Shown here: positions 1 through 8,992 of the stretch, one piece after another
Position numbering within the stretch: the first letter of the stretch is position 1
Layout: the number at the start of each line of letters is the position of its first letter
The notes under the pieces: generated by a model
Database searches by the model: none
What the model saw: only the letters and a program-made list of their open reading frames with translations
What the model was told of the DNA's origin: nothing
NCBI GenBank assembly: GCA_964431285.1
Contig: CAYSJO010000896.1
Coordinates: 1 to 63,964, forward strand
Source of the DNA: an uncultured Planctomycetaceae bacterium
GTDB taxonomy: Bacteria > Planctomycetota > Planctomycetia > Planctomycetales > Planctomycetaceae
Direction of reading: 5' to 3'
DNA: 63,964 nt
Program-made: the position numbers and the translations under genes

Positions 1-84
1 GATTTCTTCGTCGATGTTTTCGACGATGATGAGGACTTTGTTGATGACGACGATGATGTCGACGATGTTGTCGACGATGACTGA
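1..84 (+). CDS. C-terminal fragment of an Asp-rich acidic protein (N-terminus outside window)
   Basis: Frame +1 is open from the window edge to TGA at 82-84 and translates DFFVDVFDDDEDFVDDDDDVDDVVDDD*. It is GAY-codon low complexity and could instead be a non-coding simple repeat. Confidence 0.25.
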   Translation, partial: DFFVDVFDDDEDFVDDDDDVDDVVDDD

Positions 85-151
85 CGACGATGACTGATCG
101 CGCCGACACATGACTTCGTCAATGTTGAGCGTCAGGAACTACCGCGGCGTG

Positions 152-529
152 TTACTCATCGGTAACAATCTCGAAGTCGGCTTCTTTCCAGCCCCGCACA
201 CCGCCGTCCATTGAGATCACTCTGACGTAACCCATCCGCTGCAGGTTGTCGGCCGCCAGAACGGATCGGTATCCGCCGCCGCAATACAGCACCACCTTGG
301 CGGAGTGGTCGGGAACAGCGGACTCAATGTCCCGTTCGATGACTCCTTTGCCCAGGTGCGTGGCGTTGGGCAAGTGACCGGCTGCCCATTCGCGGTCCTC
401 TCGAACATCGATCAGATGAAACGACTCGCCCGCATCGAGCCATGTCGACACGTCATGCACAGTGCATTCCTGAACGCGTGCCTTTGCGTCATTCACAATC
501 GCCAGAAATCCCGGAGCGTGCTTTGCCAT
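152..529 (-). CDS. rhodanese-like sulfurtransferase domain protein
   Basis: ORF 152..664 trimmed to the ATG at 527-529 (MAKHAPGF...). Rhodanese motifs DVREDREWAAGHLPNATHL and active-site loop CGGGYRS. Confidence 0.8.
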   Translation of the reverse strand: MAKHAPGFLAIVNDAKARVQECTVHDVSTWLDAGESFHLIDVREDREWAAGHLPNATHLGKGVIERDIESAVPDHSAKVVLYCGGGYRSVLAADNLQRMGYVRVISMDGGVRGWKEADFEIVTDE

Positions 530-763
530 GAGTGACTGTCCTGACTGTATGAGGCGGAATCGTCCGACGAGACGGTTTGTTGCAACGACGTTGTGCCGAT
601 CAGGCTCATCTATGTGAGCAATCAGGCTGCAGATATCATCCCGCCGCCGAAGCCAGGACCGCAACCGACGCGAACACAGCTCATGGAAGCAGTGTCGGTG
701 GTTCTTTGACGGACAGCGACACGGAGTCGATGGGAAGAACCTCCTGCGGGGCAGAGAAACGAC

Positions 764-2566
764 ATGGATACCTGGGAGGCCTGGTTCACAGTCGGTGTTG
801 TCTGCCTGCTGATTGTTGGTCTGGCACGCAACTGGGGTCCCCCTGACCTGCTGACTCTGGGGAGCCTGACGCTGCTGATCGTTGTGGGGCAGGTGTATCG
901 GGCTCTTTACCCCGCGCTCAGTACTTCGCTGCCGACACCGGAAGAAGCCATCGCTCGCTTTGGATCGCCGGGATTGATCACGGTGGGGGTGTTGTTCGTG
1001 ATCGTCACTGGCCTGTCACAGACCGGTGCAATGTTGCTGATCACGCAGCGGCTGATCTCACGACCGAAGTCAATCGCCCAGGCTCAACTGCGAATTCTGC
1101 CGCCTGTCGCCGCGCTCAGCGCGTTTCTGAACAACACGCCGATCGTCGCGATGTTCCTGCCAGTGATCGACGACCTGTGCCGGAAGACGAGCTTCAGCCA
1201 GTCGCGTCTCTATCTGCCACTCGCGTACGCGGCGACGTTTGGGGGAATGTGCACGCTGATCGGCACGAGCACCAACCTGATCATCAACGACGAGATCGCC
1301 AAAGCCGGTCTACCGCCACTTGGCATGTTCGAACTGGCCTGGGTCGGACTTCCGTGTGCCGTTCTCGGACTATTGTACCTGCTGGTGTTCAGCTCGAAGC
1401 TAATGCCGGATCGTCGCCCGGCAATCAGCATGTCTGACGACCCGCGTGAATATTCGGTGGAGATGATTGTTGCCGACGGTGGTCCACTGTCGGGAAAGAC
1501 GGTCGAAGAAGCCGGCTTGCGACATTTGCCCGGCCTCTTTCTGTTCGAAATCGATCGGGACGGCGAGGTCATTCCGGCTCCGCCACCGGACACGAAGCTG
1601 CACGCCAGTGATCGACTCGTATTCGTCGGGATCATCGAATCGGTCATCGACCTGAAGAAGCTTCGCGGACTGATCCCTCCGGACGACGAAACATTCAAGC
1701 TCGATTCACCGCAAATCAAGCGCTGCCTGATCGAGGCCGTCGTTTCGGACCGCTGCCCGCTGGTAGGCAAGACGATTCGCGATGGCCGCTTTCGAACAAC
1801 ATACAATGCCGCTGTTCTGGCAATTGCACGCAGTGGTGAGCGAATTAACGCCAAACTGGGCGACGTCGTGCTCAAAGCGGGAGACACGTTACTGCTTGAG
1901 TCGCATGCAGGATTTGCCAGTCAGCAGCGTAACTCGCCGGATTTCTTCCTCGTCAGCCGGATCGAGAATTCAGCCCCGGTGCGGCATGCTCAGGCCCGCG
2001 TGGCGCTGTTGATCATGGTTGCCATGGTCGTCGTTGTGACGATTGGTCTGCTGGATTTGATGACAGCTGCGATGGTTGCTGGCGGAATGATGATTCTGAC
2101 CCGTTGCTGCACGGGACGCGAAGCACGTCGCAGTGTGGATATCTCGCTGCTGCTGGTCATTGGTGGAGCACTCGGCATTGGCGAAGCCATGAAGACGACT
2201 GGAGCCGCTGAGTCGATCGCTAACGGACTGGTCAGTCTGGCGGGCAGTGACGAGCGGATGATACTGCTGACGTTGTACTTCGTGACGATGCTGTTCACTG
2301 AATTAATCACGAACAACGCCGCGGCCGTGCTGGTTTTCCCGATCGCACTTGCCTCAGCGCAGAAGCTGGGCATCGACCCGCGACCGCTGATCATCTCGCT
2401 CATGATTGCCGCATCCGCCGCGTTCGCCACGCCGTTTGGCTATCAGACGAACCTGATGGTCTACGGTCCCGGCGGATATCGGTTTTCGGATTACCTGCGC
2501 TTCGGAATCCCGCTCAGCCTGCTGTTTATGGCGATGTGCGTGTGGTTGGTCCCGATCATCTGGTAG
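764..2566 (+). CDS. SLC13/DASS-family anion permease with two central TrkA-C (RCK_C) domains
   Basis: 600-aa polytopic membrane ORF. Two soluble repeats lie between the transmembrane halves (EMIVADGGPLSGKTVEEAGLRHLPGLFLFEIDRDGEVI and IEAVVSDRCPLVGKTIRDGRFRTTYNAAVLAIARSGERI). C-terminal ATPFGYQTNLMVYGPGGY is typical of the family. Confidence 0.85.
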   Translation: MDTWEAWFTVGVVCLLIVGLARNWGPPDLLTLGSLTLLIVVGQVYRALYPALSTSLPTPEEAIARFGSPGLITVGVLFVIVTGLSQTGAMLLITQRLISRPKSIAQAQLRILPPVAALSAFLNNTPIVAMFLPVIDDLCRKTSFSQSRLYLPLAYAATFGGMCTLIGTSTNLIINDEIAKAGLPPLGMFELAWVGLPCAVLGLLYLLVFSSKLMPDRRPAISMSDDPREYSVEMIVADGGPLSGKTVEEAGLRHLPGLFLFEIDRDGEVIPAPPPDTKLHASDRLVFVGIIESVIDLKKLRGLIPPDDETFKLDSPQIKRCLIEAVVSDRCPLVGKTIRDGRFRTTYNAAVLAIARSGERINAKLGDVVLKAGDTLLLESHAGFASQQRNSPDFFLVSRIENSAPVRHAQARVALLIMVAMVVVVTIGLLDLMTAAMVAGGMMILTRCCTGREARRSVDISLLLVIGGALGIGEAMKTTGAAESIANGLVSLAGSDERMILLTLYFVTMLFTELITNNAAAVLVFPIALASAQKLGIDPRPLIISLMIAASAAFATPFGYQTNLMVYGPGGYRFSDYLRFGIPLSLLFMAMCVWLVPIIW

Positions 2567-2713
2567 GTCACGAGGCTTCTGACCGGCCCGACCGCTTCAC
2601 GCAACGACATCGACTGATACAATTCCGTGTACGTCACTCGATGCGTCGAGTGCCGCCTGAACACGGAGTGAATGGAACTCCGTCGAGAATCACCCGCGAC
2701 CTTGTGCGCGGAC

Positions 2714-2740
2714 AACCGCATGAATGCGGTTACTACGAAC
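2714..2740 (+). repeat. 27-nt dispersed element, copy 1 (AACCGCATGAATGCGGTTACTACGAAC), containing a 7-bp hairpin
   Basis: Identical 27-mer recurs at 38714-38740 on the same strand. Both copies are preceded by CGCGACC about 11-16 nt upstream. Stem AACCGCA/TGCGGTT with loop TGAA. Confidence 0.6.
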
Positions 2741-2745
2741 CAGTT

Positions 2746-3741
2746 ATGAAGGAGCCCCTGATGCGAATCTCAGCAATTCTCAGTTCTGTACTGGCGCTGT
2801 TGGTCCTCTCTACGCCGGGCCTGCGAGCCGACGAAGATGAAGCGGACGCGGAGAAGCCGAAGGAAATCAAGATCGAATTGACTGACGCTGACAAGGCGGC
2901 CCTCGAGGAGATCCGCAAGCTTGGCGGCACGACGCTGGAAGTCGCTCAGAACGACAACCGTGTCGAGGTGAGCTATCACCTGGCAGATAAGGCGGCCGAG
3001 ACCGTCAAGAACGATCACCTGAAACCACTGCAGGGTCGCACATTCATTTACTCTCTGAACGCGAGAGGCACCGGAGTCGATGACGATGGCCTGCAGAATA
3101 TTGCCGGCACAACGGGTCTCGTACGACTGCATCTCGAGAAGACGAAAATCACGGACAAGGGCCTGCCGCACCTGGCGAAACTCGAAAACCTCGAATATCT
3201 GAACGTGTACGGCACCGAGGTCACCAACGAAGGCATTCAGGCTGTCGTTGGACTGAAGAAACTGAAGAAGCTGTACATCTGGCAAACCAAAGTCGACATT
3301 GAAGGCGTGAAGAAGCTGAAGGCGGCTCGGCCGGACCTTGTCATCGTTCCCGACTACGTGCGTCAAAAGGAATTGGCGGCGCTGGAAGCCAAACGCAAAG
3401 TTGAGGACACGAAGCTTGCTGTCGAGGAGACGAACGCCGCCGCCGCAGCTGCTGCCAAAAAGGCGGAAGAAGCGGCGAAGGCCGCTCCTGTGGCCAAGGC
3501 GAAATCAGACGAAGCCGCAAAGAAGGCGGCAGGAGCTCAGAAGGCATCCGACGACAAGAAAGATGATGAAGCCCTGAAGAAGGCGGCCGCAGACGCGAAG
3601 AAGGCGGCCGATGAAGCGAAAAAGGCGTCAGACGCTGCTGCGAAGGCGGTCGAAGACACGAAAAAAGCCGCCGAAGCAGCGACAAAGAAGGCCGCCGACG
3701 CTGTCAAAGCCGCCGAAGAAGCGGCAAAAGCCGTGCAGTAG
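2746..3741 (+). CDS. secreted leucine-rich-repeat protein with Ala/Lys/Glu-rich C-terminal tail
   Basis: ORF 2536..3741 trimmed to the ATG at 2746. The N-terminus is signal-like (MKEPLMRISAILSSVLALLVLSTPGLRA). LRR units include LVRLHLEKTKITDKGLPHLAKLENLEYLNVYGTEVTNEGIQAVVGLKKLKKLYIWQTKV. The last ~120 aa are AAKKA-type low complexity. Confidence 0.75.
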   Translation: MKEPLMRISAILSSVLALLVLSTPGLRADEDEADAEKPKEIKIELTDADKAALEEIRKLGGTTLEVAQNDNRVEVSYHLADKAAETVKNDHLKPLQGRTFIYSLNARGTGVDDDGLQNIAGTTGLVRLHLEKTKITDKGLPHLAKLENLEYLNVYGTEVTNEGIQAVVGLKKLKKLYIWQTKVDIEGVKKLKAARPDLVIVPDYVRQKELAALEAKRKVEDTKLAVEETNAAAAAAAKKAEEAAKAAPVAKAKSDEAAKKAAGAQKASDDKKDDEALKKAAADAKKAADEAKKASDAAAKAVEDTKKAAEAATKKAADAVKAAEEAAKAVQ

Positions 3742-3956
3742 CGTTCAATTGTTTGATGAGAGCGAAGTTCCAGCCGTGTACTCGGCTGGACTGAGCCCCC
3801 GTCGCGGCTTTTCAGTCGTGCCGAATGGGTTGCGTTGTCAGTCGCCGGTTGTCTGGCTATGCTCCTGCGTTTTTCCCGGCCTTGAGCAGGGAGAATTGCG
3901 TAACATCAGTGACAGCAGCCAGTTCTGGCTGTTCAGCAAAGTTGGAGAGCAGAGCG

Positions 3957-4307
3957 ATGTATATTCGCCGGGGCGACAATGTTGAGGTGATTTCCGGGGA
4001 CGACAGTGGTAAGCGCGGGCAGGTCACGGTCGTCGATCGCAAGAAGGGAACCGTGACAATCCAGGGTCTCAATGTGGTGCGCAAGCACATCAAACGCGGG
4101 CACCCCAAGAGCCCTCAAGGTGGTCGGCTGGAAATCGAAATGCCGTTGCCAGCCTGCAAGGTCGCCCTGATTGATCCAGAGTCGAATAAGCCCACCCGCG
4201 TTGGGTTCCGCTACCTGGCCGATGGCAGTAAGGAGCGATTCGCAAAGCGAAGCGGCGCCTCACTTGGACTCGTCTCGCCGGCAAAAGCATCGCGCGCGTC
4301 AAGCTGA
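3957..4307 (+). CDS. rplX: 50S ribosomal protein L24
   Basis: ATG at 3957 preceded by GGAGAG. KOW motif RRGDNVEVISGDDSGKRGQV; GGRLEIEMPLPACKVALIDP is typical of L24. It has a short basic C-terminal extension. Confidence 0.85.
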   Translation: MYIRRGDNVEVISGDDSGKRGQVTVVDRKKGTVTIQGLNVVRKHIKRGHPKSPQGGRLEIEMPLPACKVALIDPESNKPTRVGFRYLADGSKERFAKRSGASLGLVSPAKASRASS

Positions 4308-4401
4308 ATAAGGGCTGGACGCAGCCTGCAGAATCTTCTGTTGGCCGACCTGTCGGGCGCGATCTATAATCACCGCATTACACGTGTCGAATCGGACACA
4401 T

Positions 4402-4472
4402 TGCCCTGTAGTGTAACGGTAGCACGATTGACTCTGACTCAATTAGTCTAGGTTCAAATCCTAGCGGGGTAA
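4402..4472 (+). tRNA. tRNA-Gln (anticodon CUG)
   Basis: Cloverleaf read by eye. Acceptor stem TGCCCTG/CGGGGTA with the U1-A72 pair typical of bacterial tRNA-Gln. Anticodon stem ATTGA/TCAAT with loop CTCTGAC (CTG). T-arm CTAGG-TTCAAAT-CCTAG. No encoded CCA. Confidence 0.85.
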
Positions 4473-4482
4473 CTTACCAAGG

Positions 4483-4515
4483 CCCGTTGACAGCGATTGT
4501 CAGCGGGCTTTTTTC
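4483..4515 (+). terminator. rho-independent terminator after tRNA-Gln
   Basis: Stem CCCGTTGACA / TGTCAGCGGG (9 of 10 bp), 5-nt loop, followed by CTTTTTTCT. Confidence 0.6.
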
Positions 4516-4532
4516 TGTGGCCGAGCCGGCAC

Positions 4533-5792
4533 ATGACACAAGCACGCCGACACAATCCAGTTCGATTGCTGGCTGCCGTGGGCAGTGTCCTGGCCCTGAT
4601 CGTTGTCGTTGTTGGTGGGGTCATCTGGTGGGACGAACGGCCTTTACGCGAAGCGGATGCGCTCCTGAGTGCTGGCGACCCGGTTCAGGCACTGAGCGTG
4701 GTGAATGAGTTTCTGCGGACTCATCCGGGTCACGGTCAGGCGGGGACGACACGAGGACAGATCTACGTCGAACTGGGGCGGTGGAGTGACGCCATCGACG
4801 AGTTCCAGCGTTACGGAGCGGCAAGTCCTCAGGAACTGCACGCACTGGCGATCTCGCTGCTGCATCTCGAACAGTGGAGCCAGGCGCAGCCCGTGCTGGA
4901 GCATGTCGTGCGCCTGGCCCCGTCAGATGCCGATGCACTGCATGAACTGGCCGGGTGCCAGGGAAAACTCGGCAAGTTCCAGGCAGCTCTGCAAACCGCA
5001 ACCCGCTTCGCCAGTCTGGAAGGTTGCGAGGTACGTGGGTTGTTGCTGATCGGAACGGTTCAGCGTGAGGCCGGCAACGAGGCGAAAGCACTGGAAGCCT
5101 GGCAGCGTCTGGTCGAATTGCGTCCCGATGCATCCGACCTGCAAATACCAGCTCACGAGTTTCTGCGTGAGTACGGTTCGGTCCTGCTGCAAAACGGTCA
5201 ACCGGAAAGTGCTGTGGATGCATTGCAGAAGAGTCTGAAACTCAACCCGGATTCCGATGCCGAGACCTGGCTGGGTGACGCCTTCCTGCGCACAAGCCGA
5301 CCTGAACTGGCGGAACAGGCGTGGCGACGGGCTGTCGACCTGCAGCCTGGAAATCGTCGACCCCGCGAAGCTTTGGCGCGGCAGGCGCTGCAGAACAGGG
5401 ATCCGTCAGAGGCAATGAACTGGCTGACGCCGTTGAAAAGTGGTCATCTGCGAGCGTCGACGGCGTACCTGTTGCAAAGAGCCTGCTCTCAGGCGGGCGA
5501 ATCCGAGCAGGCCGCCGAGTGGCGTCGGCGATACGACGAACTGACAGTGCTGGAACGACGAGACGCGGCCATTCAGCATCTGCTGATTGAATCTCCCGAG
5601 TCGTGGTGGGCGCAGGTCATCCGGGCCTGGCGGATGGCCGATGATGAGAACTGGGGCGAGGCAGCTTCGCTCGTTGCGTCATTGCTGAACGAAGACAAAG
5701 AATCCGACCCGTTTCTGCAGGACCTGGTCGAGGCAATCCACGAACGCGGGACGTTACCATCTCTGGATCGCCTGCCGATTCAACACTTCTGA
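4533..5792 (+). CDS. membrane-anchored TPR repeat protein
   Basis: ATG at 4533 (MTQARRHNPVRLLAAVGSVLALIVVVVGG, a single TM). The rest is Ala/Leu-rich 34-aa TPR-like helices (e.g. AEQAWRRAVDLQPGNRRPREALARQAL). Confidence 0.75.
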   Translation: MTQARRHNPVRLLAAVGSVLALIVVVVGGVIWWDERPLREADALLSAGDPVQALSVVNEFLRTHPGHGQAGTTRGQIYVELGRWSDAIDEFQRYGAASPQELHALAISLLHLEQWSQAQPVLEHVVRLAPSDADALHELAGCQGKLGKFQAALQTATRFASLEGCEVRGLLLIGTVQREAGNEAKALEAWQRLVELRPDASDLQIPAHEFLREYGSVLLQNGQPESAVDALQKSLKLNPDSDAETWLGDAFLRTSRPELAEQAWRRAVDLQPGNRRPREALARQALQNRDPSEAMNWLTPLKSGHLRASTAYLLQRACSQAGESEQAAEWRRRYDELTVLERRDAAIQHLLIESPESWWAQVIRAWRMADDENWGEAASLVASLLNEDKESDPFLQDLVEAIHERGTLPSLDRLPIQHF

Positions 5793-5813
5793 AGCCACAC
5801 AGTACCGGGTCGC

Positions 5814-7565
5814 ATGATGCCGCAGTTCAACGCCAAGCAGGCTGGACTACTGAGCGTGGTCGCTGTGCTTGCGCTGGCTGTTGTAATGTGCCTCTGGCCA
5901 ACCGCGTCAAAGGACGCTCCCGAGCCCGTTGATGATTCGCCACGTTCGATTGGTGCACGTTCTACAGACGCGGCCAGTGCAGAGCCATTCGTGACGTTCA
6001 CACTGATGACCGATTCGTCCGGCATCGGCTTCGTGCATGACAGCGGCACGTCTCCGGAAAAACCATTTCCTGCAGCGAACGGCAGTGGTGTCGCGGTTCT
6101 GGATTTCGATGGTGACGGATGGTGCGACCTGCATTTTGCCAGCGGCACCGATTTTCCCATTGATCTCGATCGAACCAGTTCACGTAATCGCTGCTATCGC
6201 AATCTCGGGAATTGGCAGTTCGACGACGTGACGGATGAGTGTGGAATTGGACACGCCGGCTACAGCGCAGGTCTGGCCGTCGGCGATTTTGACAACGACG
6301 GTTTTCCCGACTTGTACGTCAATTGCATCGGCCAGAATCAGCTCTTTAAGAATCTGGGCGACGGCACTTTTGAGAACGTCACAGCGATCGCAGGCGTGGG
6401 CGACCGACGCTGGGGAACCAGTGCCGCGTTTCTGGATGCGAATGGCGACGGGCAACTGGATCTGTACTGCTGCAATTACGCCGTCTGGGAATTCGAGAAC
6501 AATCGCTTTTGCGGGGATCGCGAGCGGGACGTGCGCATCTTCTGTCACCCGTCATCCGTTCCGCCGGCCGGAGACTCGTTTTATCTGAGTAACGGGGATG
6601 GGACATTTCGGGACGCCACCGAAGAATCCGGAGTCGGGGCGCGCGCTGGTCGTGCTCAAGGAGTCGTCGCCGCGGATATCGATGGCGACCTTCGCACGGA
6701 TATTTATGTGGGAAATGACCAGAATCCGAATTCGCTGTTCATCAACTCGAATGGCGGGCACTTCTCCGACACGACCGAGACATCCGGTGTCGGTTACGAC
6801 TGGCAGGGTCGCAGTCAGGCGGGCATGGGGGTGGCTGCTGCCGACATCAACGGCAACGGGCAGTTTGATCTGCTCGTGACCAATTTCGAGCAGGACCACA
6901 ACACGCTCTATCTGGGCATTGGCGATGGACTGTTTGAAGACTCAAGCGACCGGCTGGGGGTCGCTTCGCCCGGCCTGCCATGGGTCGGCTGGGGCACGGC
7001 GTTTGCCGACTTCGATGCCAACGGCTGGCCGGACCTGATCATCACCAACGGACACGTTGATGACAATCTGCCTGAACTCGGCCAGGACCGCCCCTACGAG
7101 CACCCGCCGCTCATGCTTTCGAACAAACATGGCCGGTTTACGGATGTGTCGAATGCCTGTGGAGACTACTTCCGATCCAGTCATCCGGGCCGCGGTCTGG
7201 CACTGGCCGACCTGGACAATGACGGTGACCCCGATGTTGTCATTACACATCAGGATTCGGCACCAGCCATTCTTCGTAACGATGCCCCAACTCCTGAGGT
7301 CACGCCGCAACTACGTCTCCGGCTTGTGGGTACGGCCAGTAATCGGGACGCCGTCGGGGCGACCGTGATTCAGAAACTGTCACAGCGGTCATCCATGCAG
7401 CAGATCACGGGTGGAGGGAGTTATCTGTCCGGGTCAGAGACAATCGTCTTCATCCCACCGACAGACCCGATTTCCATTCGGATCCGCTGGCCGTCCGGCC
7501 GATCGACTCAAGTCGATGAGCTGTCCCTGGATCGTCTTAATGTGGTGGCCGAGCCATTGCCTTGA
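5814..7565 (+). CDS. CRTAC1-family protein (FG-GAP/VCBS repeats + ASPIC/UnbV C-terminal domain)
   Basis: Repeated Ca-binding loops: DFDGDGWCDL, GDFDNDGFPDLYV, DANGDGQLDLYC, ADIDGDLRTDIYV, ADINGNGQFDLLV, DFDANGWPDLII, ADLDNDGDPDVVI. UnbV-like end: RDAVGATV...GGGSYLSGSE...IRWPSGRSTQV. Confidence 0.85.
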   Translation: MMPQFNAKQAGLLSVVAVLALAVVMCLWPTASKDAPEPVDDSPRSIGARSTDAASAEPFVTFTLMTDSSGIGFVHDSGTSPEKPFPAANGSGVAVLDFDGDGWCDLHFASGTDFPIDLDRTSSRNRCYRNLGNWQFDDVTDECGIGHAGYSAGLAVGDFDNDGFPDLYVNCIGQNQLFKNLGDGTFENVTAIAGVGDRRWGTSAAFLDANGDGQLDLYCCNYAVWEFENNRFCGDRERDVRIFCHPSSVPPAGDSFYLSNGDGTFRDATEESGVGARAGRAQGVVAADIDGDLRTDIYVGNDQNPNSLFINSNGGHFSDTTETSGVGYDWQGRSQAGMGVAAADINGNGQFDLLVTNFEQDHNTLYLGIGDGLFEDSSDRLGVASPGLPWVGWGTAFADFDANGWPDLIITNGHVDDNLPELGQDRPYEHPPLMLSNKHGRFTDVSNACGDYFRSSHPGRGLALADLDNDGDPDVVITHQDSAPAILRNDAPTPEVTPQLRLRLVGTASNRDAVGATVIQKLSQRSSMQQITGGGSYLSGSETIVFIPPTDPISIRIRWPSGRSTQVDELSLDRLNVVAEPLP

Positions 7566-7736
7566 CTGTGACGCAGATTCTGAATGTGGCCGAGTTTCGC
7601 TCAGGACCATTACCACTGAGTGTGCCGCGATGCCCCTCGTGACGGTTGCCGTTCGTTTCGGAAATCCGGATACTTGCCGGTTAATTTCTCCGAATACTCA
7701 TTTCGGGACCACTCTTCCCCTTTCCGGAGCACTATT

Positions 7737-8744
7737 ATGAAGGCGCGAGTTCGCTTTCGGCTCGGCTTCACGTTAATCGAGCTTCTGGTCGTCATCGCCA
7801 TTATCGCCATCCTGATTGCCCTGCTGCTGCCTGCCGTGCAACAGGCTCGGGAGGCCGCGCGACGTTCGCAGTGCAAGAACAATCTGAAGCAGATTGGTCT
7901 GGCAATGCACAATTATCATGACATGGCCAGCCAGTTTCCGATCTCCATCGGCTGGAATCCCCGCAACAACGAGCGGCATGGAGCCTTCTCTGACAAGGTC
8001 TTCCTGCTGCCGTATCTGGATCGCGCAAGTGAGTACCAATTGACCGATCCCAATCTGCGGCCGTGGGATTCAGGTGGCTGGTTTGGCAGTGAGAACATTC
8101 AGGCACACAGCGGCCGATTGCCAGTGTTCAACTGCCCTTCGCAACCGTACGAGGTATCCGGTGGTGCGGCCAACTTCACCTACTCGATCAATGTCGGAGT
8201 GGTGGACAGTCGGCACAACAGCAACGGCTCTGATATGCACAACGGCTTTTCCTGTTTCGTCGGTGCCGGCGGGAACAGTTCCGCCCCGGTGAACGCGGCA
8301 TCTGTCAGCGATGGCCTCAGCAATACTGCGGCGTATTCGGAATTCGTGATTGAACACGACCCCAACGACAGTGGTCCTCGGTCACATACAGTTCATCACT
8401 GGGCCGCAGGAAATACTCCAGCTCAGATTCGTGCAGACTGTCTGGCGAAAACGCAGAAGGGTGGCCGCTACGGAATGCGAGGACGCTCGTGGGCATTCTC
8501 CTTCGTGGGAGTCGGCTCGACCTATTCACACACCATGGCCCCGAACGACAAGCCCTGCCATTCCCGTTCCGGCGCTGGTGACTGGGAGGGCACAAGCGTG
8601 ATGTCCGCATCCAGCATGCACCCCGGCGGAGTCCACGTCCTGATGGGAGATGGCGCGGTCCGATTCGTTAACGACTCAGTCGACTACAACACTTGGCTCT
8701 CCCTCGGAACACGCAACGGTGCTGAGATTGTCGGCGAGTTTTAG
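7737..8744 (+). CDS. DUF1559 protein with prepilin-type N-terminal cleavage/methylation domain
   Basis: ATG at 7737. N-terminus [52 protein letters not shown]-terminal H-X9-DG-like [17 protein letters not shown]. Confidence 0.9.
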   Translation: MKARVRFRLGFTLIELLVVIAIIAILIALLLPAVQQAREAARRSQCKNNLKQIGLAMHNYHDMASQFPISIGWNPRNNERHGAFSDKVFLLPYLDRASEYQLTDPNLRPWDSGGWFGSENIQAHSGRLPVFNCPSQPYEVSGGAANFTYSINVGVVDSRHNSNGSDMHNGFSCFVGAGGNSSAPVNAASVSDGLSNTAAYSEFVIEHDPNDSGPRSHTVHHWAAGNTPAQIRADCLAKTQKGGRYGMRGRSWAFSFVGVGSTYSHTMAPNDKPCHSRSGAGDWEGTSVMSASSMHPGGVHVLMGDGAVRFVNDSVDYNTWLSLGTRNGAEIVGEF

Positions 8745-8776
8745 GACGTTTTCAGAGTTGGTCTTCAGTGTAAACC

Positions 8777-8865
8777 CCTCTCCCTGACCCTGTCCCCAGC
8801 AGGGAGAGGAACGAGTCAGACGAGTTCCCTCTCCCCGCTGGGGACAGGGTCAGGGAGAGGTTTTT
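8777..8865. repeat. composite palindromic element with T-tract (terminator-like) downstream of DUF1559 gene
   Basis: Perfect 24-bp inverted repeat CCTCTCCCTGACCCTGTCCCCAGC (8777-8800) / GCTGGGGACAGGGTCAGGGAGAGG (8837-8860). Each arm can also fold back on an inner AGGGAGAGG / CCCTCTCC segment. Followed by TTTTT. Confidence 0.7.
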
Positions 8866-8992
8866 GAGTCGGATGGCCAACTCTGAAATGCTCTACTGCC
8901 TGGATCGTCGGCATCGCCATCCATCATGTTGCACTGCCGTGATCTGGCGAGTACGGGCAATCCTCGACCCAAAATGCCGGGCGTGATCTGGT

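Noticed and set aside
2536-2745. N-terminal 70-aa extension of the LRR ORF as given in the ORF track
   Set aside because: The extension overlaps the 3' end of the SLC13 gene and runs through the 27-nt dispersed repeat. The internal ATG at 2746 yields a clean signal peptide, so the start was moved.
4402-4472. tRNA-Gln as a genomic-island integration site
   Set aside because: No integrase, no direct repeat of the tRNA 3' end, and no obviously foreign gene block follows. Downstream genes are typical lineage-specific families.
8777-8865. Possible CRISPR-like or IS terminal repeat structure
   Set aside because: Only one inverted pair, no regularly spaced direct repeats, no cas genes or transposase anywhere in the window. 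Treated as a REP/terminator-type palindrome.
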